The position numbers and the translations under genes are program-made. The notes beneath the pieces were generated by a model. The model ran no database searches, was not told the origin of the DNA, and worked only from the letters and a program-made list of their open reading frames with translations. Positions 48,827 to 57,679 of a stretch of DNA of 64,000 bases are shown here, piece by piece (the stretch's first letter is position 1; each line of letters starts with the position of its first letter). This stretch comes from Bacteroidales bacterium (lineage in GTDB: Bacteria > Bacteroidota > Bacteroidia > Bacteroidales > UBA1715). The DNA lies in the NCBI GenBank assembly GCA_045599365.1, contig JAZRVS010000032.1, forward strand, positions 236 to 64,235, given 5' to 3'.

Positions 48827-49423
48827 ATGATAGATGAGATGGTTGAAATTCCTTCAATAGAACCCTCTGCTTCTGCAGGCGGGTGTCCCCAAGATGTGTC
48901 CATATCCGACAGTAGGTGGTATGTCATGCGTGTTACTTACAGTCGCGAGTTGAAGGCAATGCAATTATTGCAAAACTTTGGTGTGGAATGTTATGTGCCT
49001 ATGCTTTGTGTGAGAGATGGCATGGGTAAACACTTTGTCCCAGCTGTACATAATCTTATTTTTGTACATACAACACGTGATGTCCTTGATGAGTGTAAAC
49101 GTCAGATGGAGTTGGTGTGTCCGATGCGTTATATGATGGACAAATCAACAGGTCTTCCGATGGTGGTAAAAGACAAGGAAATGGCAGATTTTATGTGGGT
49201 TACAGAAAATAATAATGCGGATGTTTTTTATTTGGATAATCCATCGGTAGTGTGTGTAAAGGGTACTCCAATAGAGGTGATTGGTGGACCATTCAAAGGT
49301 TTGCGTGGTAGATTACTTCGTATAAGACGAAATCGCAAGGTGGTACTACAATTAGTGGGGCTTGTTGCTGTTGCAATAGATGGTATCCCTATTGAGTGTT
49401 GTAAAGTAATATTAGATGATTGA
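48827..49423 (+). CDS. UpxY-family NusG-like transcription antiterminator
   Basis: RWYVMRVTYSRELKAMQLLQNFGVECYVPM (NGN domain) and a C-terminal KOW-like IEVIGGPFKGLRGRLLRI. It is the first gene of a one-strand glycan locus. Confidence 0.8.
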   Translation: MIDEMVEIPSIEPSASAGGCPQDVSISDSRWYVMRVTYSRELKAMQLLQNFGVECYVPMLCVRDGMGKHFVPAVHNLIFVHTTRDVLDECKRQMELVCPMRYMMDKSTGLPMVVKDKEMADFMWVTENNNADVFYLDNPSVVCVKGTPIEVIGGPFKGLRGRLLRIRRNRKVVLQLVGLVAVAIDGIPIECCKVILDD

Positions 49424-49480
49424 TTATCTTCTATAATTACCCTCTTATTTTCACTCTTTATATAGAAAAATGAAACTATA

Positions 49481-50857
49481 ATGTATATTAAAATGGATAA
49501 ACTATTTGAATTTCACGAGTTGTATTCACACGAGACTGATGTGTACAACTTGACGGGTTTTAAGCCCCAAATTGTTGATGCAGGGTATCTGAAGAATATT
49601 GGAGTAAGTGTTGAACCCTCCGAAGCGACCCTGCAAGGGCTTATTCGCGGCTCAAAAATTTTCATGCAAAGATTGGAAAACCATACGGTTATCCCAGTCT
49701 CAAAGCTTTATCTTGAGCAGTGTGTGCCAGAGGAAATCCAGACCGAGATACACAACTACACAGGTCGTTGTCCGACACTTACTTTCGAGGTCAATCCAAT
49801 CAAGGGTTGCAACGTGGGATGCCAGTACTGTCTTGTCACCGATGGCGTGCATGAACAAAAGCTGGTGGCATACGAAAACTACCACGAGTATGTGCGTTAC
49901 CTTCTCAAGGTGATGAACGGCACTCCTACATGCGAAGTGACACAAGATGACCTGACACAACGTGCCAATTTACTCAAAGAACTAGCGGATGCCATAGAGT
50001 CTGCACCAGAAAAGAAGAAAGGAATTGAGGCAAAGATTGTGGAACTGAGCCGTGGCAAGAACTGGAACCACTACTACTATTTCTCGCCAAAAACCGAGGC
50101 ATTCCAGGAACCGACCCTCCAGACAGGCATTGCACACCGCATATTGCGTGAGTTTATAGCACATTTTGAGGAATACCCCGATTCAAACGCACGCCTGTTC
50201 ATAGCATCCAAGGCGGGAGCAAAGCATCTGCTTGTCAAAGACGAGCAAGGAGTTACCATTCTCGATTTGTTGGAACAACTCAAAGACCGCTGCCAGTTCA
50301 ACACCTCTGTCAGCATCATGCCTACCGAGTTCCGCAACCTGCTTGAGCCATACGCTGCCCCTATCGAGGAGCGTCTGAAAGCTGTCAAGATGTGTCAGGA
50401 GCGTGGCATCCCTGCCAATTCGGCACTGGTTCAACCTATCTTCACGCCGTACCTGACAGACGAGCATATCAAGGAGTTCTTCGACATGCTGCACGATGCC
50501 GGTATCATCAACTACAAACCAGAGTTCCTTACTGCCTGCATGGAGAACCTTGCACAGTTGGGTCAGTGGTTGGGCTATTTCGACAAGAGTATGGAGAAGG
50601 CACTCTACGAGGATTACATCATGCCTCAGAATGCCGACCACCGCAAACAGCGCGGACGTACAGCTCCCAACCGTGCATTGAGTACTGAAAACATTCAGCG
50701 ACTTATGAAATACACGGACTCTATCGGTATGAGTACCAGCATCTGCTTCTGGGTCCGCAAGATGCTGAACATAAGCACTGATATGATACCGATCATCAAC
50801 AGGAACGGTTTCCAATGCTTGGGCTATCAGTCAAAGCTTTTCAAGTGTAAGGAGTAA
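49481..50857 (+). CDS. radical-SAM protein, unknown function (SPL/COG1533-like layout)
   Basis: CX3CX2C motif GCNVGCQYC at aa 110-117 (DNA 49808-49831). The downstream pattern YFSPKTEAFQEP...FIASKAG...SVSIMP...LEPYAAPIEERLKAV...GIPANSALVQPIFTPY resembles the DNA-photolyase-like radical-SAM family. Confidence 0.7.
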   Translation: MYIKMDKLFEFHELYSHETDVYNLTGFKPQIVDAGYLKNIGVSVEPSEATLQGLIRGSKIFMQRLENHTVIPVSKLYLEQCVPEEIQTEIHNYTGRCPTLTFEVNPIKGCNVGCQYCLVTDGVHEQKLVAYENYHEYVRYLLKVMNGTPTCEVTQDDLTQRANLLKELADAIESAPEKKKGIEAKIVELSRGKNWNHYYYFSPKTEAFQEPTLQTGIAHRILREFIAHFEEYPDSNARLFIASKAGAKHLLVKDEQGVTILDLLEQLKDRCQFNTSVSIMPTEFRNLLEPYAAPIEERLKAVKMCQERGIPANSALVQPIFTPYLTDEHIKEFFDMLHDAGIINYKPEFLTACMENLAQLGQWLGYFDKSMEKALYEDYIMPQNADHRKQRGRTAPNRALSTENIQRLMKYTDSIGMSTSICFWVRKMLNISTDMIPIINRNGFQCLGYQSKLFKCKE

Positions 50858-50864
50858 TATTGTC

Positions 50865-51479
50865 ATGTGGTATGCAGGTTGTCTTAAAAGACTGATGGAT
50901 TTCACTATTGCTGCCGTTGCATTGGCTGCCTTATCGTGGCTGATGGTCGTGGTGGCTCTGCTGTTGCATTTTGCAAATCATGGTGCAGGCATCCTGTTCA
51001 TTCAGGATCGCCCAGGGAAAGACGGAAAGATTTTCCAGCTCTTCAAGTTCAAGTCCATGACCGATGAGTGCGACAGCCACGGCAACCTGCTTCCGAACAT
51101 GGAACGGCTGACCCCCATCGGGAAGTTTATCCGCAGCACAAGCATTGACGAACTGCCTCAGCTACTAAATGTCTTGAGAGGAGATATGGCACTGGTTGGC
51201 CCTCGCCCTTTGCTGGCAAGATATCTGCCCTACTACACGGAACGTGAACGCTTGCGCCATAGCGTCAGACCAGGCATCACAGGATGGGCTCAGGTGCATG
51301 GACGCAACGACCTGCCTTGGAATGAGCGGCTGGAGTTGGACGCTTGGTATGCTGAACACGTGTCGTTCGAACTTGATTGCAGGATTGCATGGATGACCAT
51401 AATAAAAGTAATACGTCACAAGGGGACGAGTATCGAGAAACTTGTTCCATTGGACGTGGAAAGAAAAGAAAAAACATGA
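50865..51479 (+). CDS. small monotopic phosphoglycosyl transferase (bacterial sugar transferase, PglC/WbaP C-domain type)
   Basis: A re-entrant helix, then FIQDRPGKDGKIFQLFKFKSM and IDELPQLLNVLRGDMALVGPRP. Confidence 0.9.
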   Translation: MWYAGCLKRLMDFTIAAVALAALSWLMVVVALLLHFANHGAGILFIQDRPGKDGKIFQLFKFKSMTDECDSHGNLLPNMERLTPIGKFIRSTSIDELPQLLNVLRGDMALVGPRPLLARYLPYYTERERLRHSVRPGITGWAQVHGRNDLPWNERLELDAWYAEHVSFELDCRIAWMTIIKVIRHKGTSIEKLVPLDVERKEKT

Positions 51480-52546
51480 AAATATTGATTACCGGCGCGT
51501 GTGCCGTTACCGCACGCACAATACTGAGAGGACTCAAGATGAGTCCTGAATTTGGGAATGCCGAGTTTATAGGTTGGGACATGTGCGGATTGTTGTATGG
51601 AGTGTACTCCAAGGCATTCGACAAGATGTACAAGGTGCCTGGGGTGAGCGACCCTATATACGAAGAGGTCGTCAGGAAGATACTTGCCGACGAACGTCCG
51701 GATGCCGCCATTATCGTGCCTGAAGTAGAGGTGCGATATTGGGCAAACCACGAGCTGGGTGTGCCTTGTCTGCTGCCTCCCGGCAAATTCGCCGATATTG
51801 CCGTTTGCAAGGACAAGCTGTTTGCCGCCCTTAGGGATACAGACCTCGTGCCAAGTCATTTCAATGCATCTGCCAGTGAAATCAAGTCGCTGGACTTCAA
51901 CAACACGCTGGGCTTCCCTGTCTGGATACGCGACGGAGCGGCCGGCACGGCTTCGGCACGTGGAGCGTTCAAAGCACATTCCAACGACGACCTTCGTGCC
52001 TGGGTGCAGGTGAACAACGGAATAGACATGTTCCAGCTGTCCGAATATCTGCCGGGAAAGATTTACGCCTGCGTGTGCCTCTACAAGAATGGTGTACTGA
52101 AGAAAGTGTGCCTCAGCCAGCGCATTGAATACATCATGTCCAAAGTGGCGGTATCCGGAATTACAGGCAATATATGCAAGGGCAAGCTCATCAACGACCG
52201 AAAAGTGGTTGACACGGCCATACGAACCATCGAGACACTTTGCGCTCAGACGGGGGAAGTTCCGAACGGCATCATTGATGTGGATATGCGTGACGATGTG
52301 AATGGCAATCCCAAGGTGACCGAAATCAACATGCGCTTCCTTTCGTTCAGTTCCGTGTTTGCTTCGGCAGGCTGGAACCTGTTCGAGGATCTTGTGAAAC
52401 TGACGCTGAACCGCGACGACGAGGTGTCGCCCCAGCTAGAGAAGCAATTCCCCGAAAGCAACTGGATTCTGCGCGATGTAGATGGTGAGCCCGTCTATGT
52501 GGAGAATCCTGTGGAGCTGAAGATGGGCGAGTGCTTCCGCAAATAA
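51476..52546 (+). CDS. ATP-grasp-fold enzyme
   Basis: MKILITGA..., a central glycine-rich region, and the late motif KVTEINMRF (E-x-N-x-R of ATP-grasp). The start ATG overlaps the upstream stop as ATGA. Confidence 0.65.
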   Translation: MKILITGACAVTARTILRGLKMSPEFGNAEFIGWDMCGLLYGVYSKAFDKMYKVPGVSDPIYEEVVRKILADERPDAAIIVPEVEVRYWANHELGVPCLLPPGKFADIAVCKDKLFAALRDTDLVPSHFNASASEIKSLDFNNTLGFPVWIRDGAAGTASARGAFKAHSNDDLRAWVQVNNGIDMFQLSEYLPGKIYACVCLYKNGVLKKVCLSQRIEYIMSKVAVSGITGNICKGKLINDRKVVDTAIRTIETLCAQTGEVPNGIIDVDMRDDVNGNPKVTEINMRFLSFSSVFASAGWNLFEDLVKLTLNRDDEVSPQLEKQFPESNWILRDVDGEPVYVENPVELKMGECFRK

Positions 52547-52560
52547 ACGATGTCAAGGAA

Positions 52561-53661
52561 ATGACCAGGATTGTTTTCATATTGAATACGCTCACCCAGC
52601 CACTCTGTTTCAAGCGCATCGAGGAGTTCCGGCGCAGGGGCTACCAGACTGACGTGTATGGCTTCAGTTCCGATTCGCAGGATACAGTCATCCGAAGCAG
52701 TGACATAGTGCAAGTCATAGGAACTTGTGTGCATGGGGAAGGCAACTATTTCCGCCGGTTGCTGACGATGGTGAGAGCCATCCGCAAATTGAACCGCAGG
52801 TATAGGAATGAGGACGTAACATTCTATTATTTTCAAATGGACACCTGCATTGCAGCACGATTGGTAAGCAGAAAGCCATATATATACGAGAACTACGATT
52901 TGGTGTACGGAGCGTTCCCCAATCCTTTGAAATGGATGTTCCGTCACATTGACAGGTGGCTGACCATTCATTCCGTAGCCACCGTAATGACCTCTCCTGG
53001 TTTTCAAGAATATCTATTTCGTGGGAAACACCAAGACAACGTATATATCATTCCCAACAAACTCAATCCGCGTGTATTGGGGTACCCTTACCATCCTACC
53101 GACCTCGACATTGCACATATTCGCTTTGCGTTTGTAGGTCATATACGTTCGGCTGGTTCCTTCAGATTTGCCAAAGTGGTGGCAGAAAGGTTTCCCCAGC
53201 ACTCTTTCCACTTATACGGCACAATAGGCAAGGGTAACGACTTTGCTGGACTGGCGGACCGCCATCCGAACGTGGTGATGCATGGCTCTTTCCAAAATCC
53301 AGACGACTTGCCGGGAATCTATGAACAGGTGGACGTGCTTGTCCCCTTGCTTAGCGAGAACAACACGAAGAATGTCAACAACATCTATTTGGAACCAAAC
53401 AAATTGTATGAATCGGTCTATTTCAGGACTCCCATCGTAATGACAGACGGCACCTATATGGCCCGGAGGGTGAAGGAACTGAACTGCGGGTTCGTGTTGC
53501 CTGACGTATCAGAAGAGGGAATAACCCGTTTCATCAACTCCCTTACCGAGCAATCGCTGAAAGAGATTGTGACACATATTTCAACCATTCCTCAAACCGA
53601 TGCCGTGGATGATTATGCCGGTTTCTTTGAATTTCTGAACAGCAAACTAACCAAATTATAA
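52561..53661 (+). CDS. GT-B-type glycosyltransferase
   Basis: 366 aa. MTRIVFILNT... N-domain, FAFVGHI... start of the C-domain and an EPNKLYES donor-binding-like motif. Confidence 0.55.
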   Translation: MTRIVFILNTLTQPLCFKRIEEFRRRGYQTDVYGFSSDSQDTVIRSSDIVQVIGTCVHGEGNYFRRLLTMVRAIRKLNRRYRNEDVTFYYFQMDTCIAARLVSRKPYIYENYDLVYGAFPNPLKWMFRHIDRWLTIHSVATVMTSPGFQEYLFRGKHQDNVYIIPNKLNPRVLGYPYHPTDLDIAHIRFAFVGHIRSAGSFRFAKVVAERFPQHSFHLYGTIGKGNDFAGLADRHPNVVMHGSFQNPDDLPGIYEQVDVLVPLLSENNTKNVNNIYLEPNKLYESVYFRTPIVMTDGTYMARRVKELNCGFVLPDVSEEGITRFINSLTEQSLKEIVTHISTIPQTDAVDDYAGFFEFLNSKLTKL

Positions 53662-53671
53662 ATTGCAAACA

Positions 53672-54877
53672 ATGAAATATGTAATAGACATACAGGATCC
53701 ATGGCCAGAACCATTCTGCATAAAAATCAGGAACAGGTTGTTTCGGAAATTGCTGTACCCTCCTCTGGCCAAATATGCCGATAGAGTCTATCGCAAGGCC
53801 GATGGAGTGGTGGCGGTATCGGAAACTTACCTGAAGTGGGCTGCACAGTTCAACCATAGCGCGGACTTATGGCTGTCTGTGTTTCTGGGGAAGGACTCGG
53901 CATTGTTTGACAAATACAGGAAGGAAAATGTCTTTCAACGGAACGACAATGAGCTGTGGATTGCGTATGCCGGCTCACTCAGTTACAGTTACGACCTTCC
54001 GACTGTGATAGATGCGCTTGCCTTGCTCTCTCAGCGTCAGGGAGCCGACTTACCACCTGTGCGCCTTGTTGTTATGGGAGACGGACAACTGCGTTCACAA
54101 TATGAGGCATACGCCAAGGCACACGGCATTGCCGCCGAGTTTACCGGCATGTTGCCATATCCCCAAATGGTAGGCAGGCTCTGTGCCTGCGACATCTGTG
54201 TGAATCCCATCATTATGAGCAACCGTGGCAGCATTATCAATAAGGTAAGCGATTATGCGCTGGCAGGTTTGCCTGTAGTCAATTCGCAGAATTGCGACGA
54301 ATACCGCCAGATGATAGCGCGTTATGGATGCGGCATAAACTGCGAATGTGAAAACAGCGCGGAAATGGCTGACGCCATCGGAAAGTTGGCATCGGACGCA
54401 AATCTCCGCCGTACTATAGGTGAGAACTCCAGAAGAATGGGTGAAGAGTGTTTCGACCGCCGGAGCATCTATCCGCATATTGTGGATGCCCTGGCAGGGT
54501 ATGGTGCAAAAAAGGTGATGATTGTAGCCAATTTCCACCCCACCCTCAACGGTTCCACCGAAGGAAGGTTCACCTATCTGGCACAGATGCTTCATGAGCA
54601 GGGCTTTGATGTGGAGCTGGTGGTGTCGGACTTTGAACACCGCACGAGAAAACGCCGTGAATCGCTGTCCAATCCTTATCCGTTCAAACTCACCTATCTT
54701 CACGAACCTGGTTACAGCAACATTGTATCTGTACGGAGAATGTGGAGCCATTATGTGTGGGGATGCAATGTCGGGAAATACCTGAAATCGTGCAAGGACA
54801 AGCCTGATGTGGTCTATGTGTCCGTGCCATCGCTAACGGCAGCAAGGAAGGTGTCATTTATATGTAAAAACAAGTAA
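53672..54877 (+). CDS. GT4 (WbuB-like) glycosyltransferase with apparently circularly permuted sequence order
   Basis: Aa 1 to ~280 begin at the mid-N-domain motif DIQDPWPE and run through a full C-domain. Aa ~282-402 (VMIVANFHPTLNGSTEGRFTYLAQMLHEQGFDVELV...PDVVYVSVPSLTAA) look like the first ~125 aa of a canonical GT4. Confidence 0.55.
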   Translation: MKYVIDIQDPWPEPFCIKIRNRLFRKLLYPPLAKYADRVYRKADGVVAVSETYLKWAAQFNHSADLWLSVFLGKDSALFDKYRKENVFQRNDNELWIAYAGSLSYSYDLPTVIDALALLSQRQGADLPPVRLVVMGDGQLRSQYEAYAKAHGIAAEFTGMLPYPQMVGRLCACDICVNPIIMSNRGSIINKVSDYALAGLPVVNSQNCDEYRQMIARYGCGINCECENSAEMADAIGKLASDANLRRTIGENSRRMGEECFDRRSIYPHIVDALAGYGAKKVMIVANFHPTLNGSTEGRFTYLAQMLHEQGFDVELVVSDFEHRTRKRRESLSNPYPFKLTYLHEPGYSNIVSVRRMWSHYVWGCNVGKYLKSCKDKPDVVYVSVPSLTAARKVSFICKNK

Positions 54878-54882
54878 GCATC

Positions 54883-55485
54883 ATGGATAACAAAGGAAAA
54901 AAGAAATTGAGCCTTTCCTTCAGGTTGCTGCGCCGGATGGGGTTCAACTATTCCGAAGATGAGTATGGGGATGTCTCGCTGTGGAAGGTTGTGAAACGTG
55001 TCTGTACCACCTACCGTAACATGTTTCTGCAAGGCCCAATTATGAACGGCTGGCTGTTGTCGCCGTTACAGCCCAGACGTCTCCGTGCATGGGGAATGAG
55101 GAAGATGGGCTGCCATGTTGGCAAGGGCTGTTTTATAGGCAACCATGTGCGTCTTGACTCCGGCCATGCCGATATGATAACGTTGGAGGACAATGTGACA
55201 ATAACATCTGGAGTCCACCTGCTCTGCCATCAGCGTGATATTTCGGATTATTGTGCGGGTGATGACTATATGAAACTTGGCTATGTCGTCAAACCCATTG
55301 TCCTGAAGAAGGGTTGCTCAGTGGGAATAGAGAGTGTGGTGATGCCAGGTGTCACCATAGGCGAAGGGGCAATTGTAGGTGCAGGTTCACTGGTAACGAA
55401 AGATATTCCGGCATGGACGGTGGCTATGGGACGACCCGCCAAGGTTGTCCGCCAGATACCGGAACGTAAAGGTTTAATGGTTTAA
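54883..55485 (+). CDS. hexapeptide-repeat (LbH) acetyltransferase
   Basis: Left-handed beta-helix repeats and C-terminal VGAGSLVTKDIPAWTVAMGRPAKVV. Confidence 0.8.
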   Translation: MDNKGKKKLSLSFRLLRRMGFNYSEDEYGDVSLWKVVKRVCTTYRNMFLQGPIMNGWLLSPLQPRRLRAWGMRKMGCHVGKGCFIGNHVRLDSGHADMITLEDNVTITSGVHLLCHQRDISDYCAGDDYMKLGYVVKPIVLKKGCSVGIESVVMPGVTIGEGAIVGAGSLVTKDIPAWTVAMGRPAKVVRQIPERKGLMV

Positions 55486-55502
55486 AGGTTATAGGTTTAA
55501 TG
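55468..55502 (+). repeat. 8-bp tandem array A (AAGGTTTA-type, about 4 units)
   Basis: aaaggtttaatggtttaaaggttataggtttaatg. It contains the last 5 codons and the TAA of the acetyltransferase, and the ATG of the next gene. Confidence 0.85.
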
Positions 55503-56363
55503 AATATATTGACATTCGATATAGAGGAGTGGTATATGAAAGTTGTCAAAATGGGATGGCGCGACAAACGTGCCGAGTACGACCGTTATTTCCATCGCAT
55601 CCTCGACAAATTGGATGAACGAAGCCTGAAGGCTACCTTCTTCTGTTTGGGTGAGATGGGGAGGCTTTTCCCTGAAACGGTTCTTGAGATTGACCGTCGC
55701 GGACATGAGGTTGGCTGTCATTCCAATGTTCACCTTCCGCTCAACACCCTGACAAAGGAAGAATGTCTTGACGATACGAGAAAGGCCCTGGATTCGCTGG
55801 AACAATGTCTTGGGAAGAAGATAATCAGTTACCGTGCGCCGGCATTTTCTGTTGGAGAAGAGAACAGGTGGATGTTTTCCGTCCTTACGGAGTGTGGCAT
55901 AGAGCGTGACTCGTCTGTATATCCTGCCCGTAGGGATTATGGCGGCTTTCCGGATTTCGGAACACAAAGGCCTGCTTTGATAAAGGTAGGCAACAGTTTC
56001 ATCAAGGAATTTCCCATACCGCTGGCAATGGTCGCCGGAAAGCAGTTTGCCTATTCTGGGGGCGGTTATTTCAGGGTACTCCCATACGGATTTATCCGCA
56101 GGCAGATGATGAAGTCGGACTACACTATGACTTATTTCCATCTGGACGACCTGCTTCCGGAATCGAAAGGGGTGATGAGTGCCGAAGAGTACCGTATGCA
56201 CTTCAACAAACCCGGAACACTCATCGAACGCTACAGACGTTGTTTCAGGGCCAACGTCGGGAAGAAAGGTGCCATGGACAAACTGATGCGCCTGCTTGAC
56301 GAAATGGATTTCATCGGACTGTCTCAGGCCGATGGGCAGATAAAACATTGGGATGTGATATGA
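55500..56363 (+). CDS. polysaccharide deacetylase family protein (DUF3473-type)
   Basis: MNILTFDIEEWY start, ATFFCLGE and CHSNVH motifs. Confidence 0.8.
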   Translation: MNILTFDIEEWYMKVVKMGWRDKRAEYDRYFHRILDKLDERSLKATFFCLGEMGRLFPETVLEIDRRGHEVGCHSNVHLPLNTLTKEECLDDTRKALDSLEQCLGKKIISYRAPAFSVGEENRWMFSVLTECGIERDSSVYPARRDYGGFPDFGTQRPALIKVGNSFIKEFPIPLAMVAGKQFAYSGGGYFRVLPYGFIRRQMMKSDYTMTYFHLDDLLPESKGVMSAEEYRMHFNKPGTLIERYRRCFRANVGKKGAMDKLMRLLDEMDFIGLSQADGQIKHWDVI

Positions 56364-56396
56364 ACCAAGCATCCAATAGCAGAATAAAAAGCCATA

Positions 56397-56825
56397 ATGA
56401 AGAATATGACTGTAAATGACTGTAAAATCATAGAGCTGCCAAAGATTGTTGACCCAAGAGGGAATCTTTCTTTTGTAGAGACCTTCAGGCATGTTCCATT
56501 TGAAATCAAGCGGACATACTGGATTTATGACGTTCCCGGAGGAGAAAACCGTGGAGGTCACGCTTTTCGCAATAATCAGGAATTTGTGATTGCTCTCTCG
56601 GGCGCCTTTGACGTGGTTGTGGATGATGGCAAGGAAAAGAATACTTTCACTCTCAACCGTTCTTACTATGGACTATATATCCCTGCCGGTCTTTGGCGTA
56701 CAATGGAGAATTTCTCCACCAATTCACTGGCTCTGGAGTTCGGATCGATAAAGTATGACCGTGAGTCTGATTACATAGAAGAGTACGAACAATTCCTAAA
56801 ACTGAAGAGCAATGGCGAAATATAA
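56397..56825 (+). CDS. WxcM/FdtA-like sugar 3,4-ketoisomerase (cupin)
   Basis: IELPKIVDPRGNLSFVE...IKRTYWIYDVPGGENRGGHAFR. Confidence 0.8.
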   Translation: MKNMTVNDCKIIELPKIVDPRGNLSFVETFRHVPFEIKRTYWIYDVPGGENRGGHAFRNNQEFVIALSGAFDVVVDDGKEKNTFTLNRSYYGLYIPAGLWRTMENFSTNSLALEFGSIKYDRESDYIEEYEQFLKLKSNGEI

Positions 56826-57231
56826 TGTATTTGATTGCTCGATGGTAGAGCTTGACAAACATCATAGTGAACGCAAGGGTAATCTCACTGTGGTGGAGAA
56901 TGGCAACAGCATTCCGTTTGACGTGAAGAGGGTTTATTACCTTTATGATGTCCCTGGAGGAGAGAGCCGTGGTTCGCACGCTCATCGTGAACTTGAGCAG
57001 CTGATAATTGCGGCATCAGGCTCGTTCAAAGTCACCTTGGATGACGGCAAGTGCAAGCGAACGTTTTTCCTGAACCGTCCCTATCAGGGCTTATATGTCA
57101 GGCTTGGAATATGGCGTGATTTGGAAGACTTCTCTTCCGGCTCAGTGTGTATGGTACTGGCCAGTGATGTATATCAGGCAGATGATTACATTCGTGATTA
57201 TGGTGAATTCCTTCGCTTTCGCGAGGGATAA
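56812..57231 (+). CDS. second WxcM/FdtA-like cupin paralogue
   Basis: VELDKHHSERKGNLTVVE...VKRVYYLYDVPGGESRGSHAHR. It overlaps the previous gene by 14 nt. Confidence 0.8.
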   Translation: MAKYNVFDCSMVELDKHHSERKGNLTVVENGNSIPFDVKRVYYLYDVPGGESRGSHAHRELEQLIIAASGSFKVTLDDGKCKRTFFLNRPYQGLYVRLGIWRDLEDFSSGSVCMVLASDVYQADDYIRDYGEFLRFREG

Positions 57232-57264
57232 GGGTTTAAAAGTTTAATGTTTAAAAGTTTAAAG
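57231..57264 (+). repeat. 8-bp tandem array B (left flank of the four-helix-bundle gene)
   Basis: agggtttaaaagtttaatgtttaaaagtttaaag. It begins within the fdtA-like TAA stop and ends at the ATG at 57265. Confidence 0.85.
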
Positions 57265-57645
57265 ATGGGGAAAGATAAGAAGTTTGCATTTGAAAATCTT
57301 GAAGCTTATAAGGTTGCTCGTGTCCTTGTAAGGGACGTTTATCGTCTTCAAGACAAATTTCCGAAAGAAGAACGATACGCTCTTGGTGATCAGATTAGAC
57401 GCTCTTCTACATCTATTACAAGCAATATAGCCGAAGGAGCGGGTCGCAATTCTTATAAAGAAAAGATACATTTTGTAGAGATTGCTTTCGGAAGTATGAC
57501 TGAATGTTTTAGCCAACTTCAAAATGCCCAAGACTTAGGCTATATTCGTGATGAAGAAGTAGAAGCCTTACGCCCTCAATTCAATCATGTGGCGGCTTTA
57601 CTTTCGCTTCTGAAGAGGAGCTATGAAGAAAAGCTAAACTCATAA
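57265..57645 (+). CDS. four-helix-bundle protein (23S rRNA intervening-sequence protein / Avd-like family)
   Basis: FENLEAYKVARVLVRDVYRL...FPKEERYALGDQIRRSSTSITSNIAEGAGRNSYKEKIHFVEIAFGSMTECFSQL is a close match to the family signature. Confidence 0.85.
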   Translation: MGKDKKFAFENLEAYKVARVLVRDVYRLQDKFPKEERYALGDQIRRSSTSITSNIAEGAGRNSYKEKIHFVEIAFGSMTECFSQLQNAQDLGYIRDEEVEALRPQFNHVAALLSLLKRSYEEKLNS

Positions 57646-57679
57646 ACCCTTAAACCTTTAAACCTTTAAACTTTTAAAC
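57643..57679 (-). repeat. 8-bp tandem array C (right flank, opposite orientation)
   Basis: taaacccttaaacctttaaacctttaaacttttaaac is the reverse complement of the GGTTTAAA-type units. It is followed by the small hairpin GTGCggcaGCAC (57680-57691) and an orphan unit cttaaaccttta (57693-57704). Confidence 0.85.

Noticed and set aside
50077-54751. Series of 100-220-aa minus-strand or alternative-frame ORFs (50183-50815, 51277-51816, 51416-51979, 52495-53007, 54095-54751 and others)
   Set aside because: All are nested in or antisense to better-supported plus-strand genes. They have Arg/Ser/Cys-rich compositions typical of non-coding frames in GC-richer DNA.
55497-56561. 354-aa ORF on the minus strand
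   Set aside because: It is antisense to the polysaccharide deacetylase and the first FdtA-like gene. It has no recognisable motifs and breaks the uniform plus-strand operon organisation.
57265-57645. Four-helix-bundle gene as the Avd component of a diversity-generating retroelement
   Set aside because: There is no reverse transcriptase and no template/variable repeat pair anywhere in the window, so only the generic family assignment is supportable.
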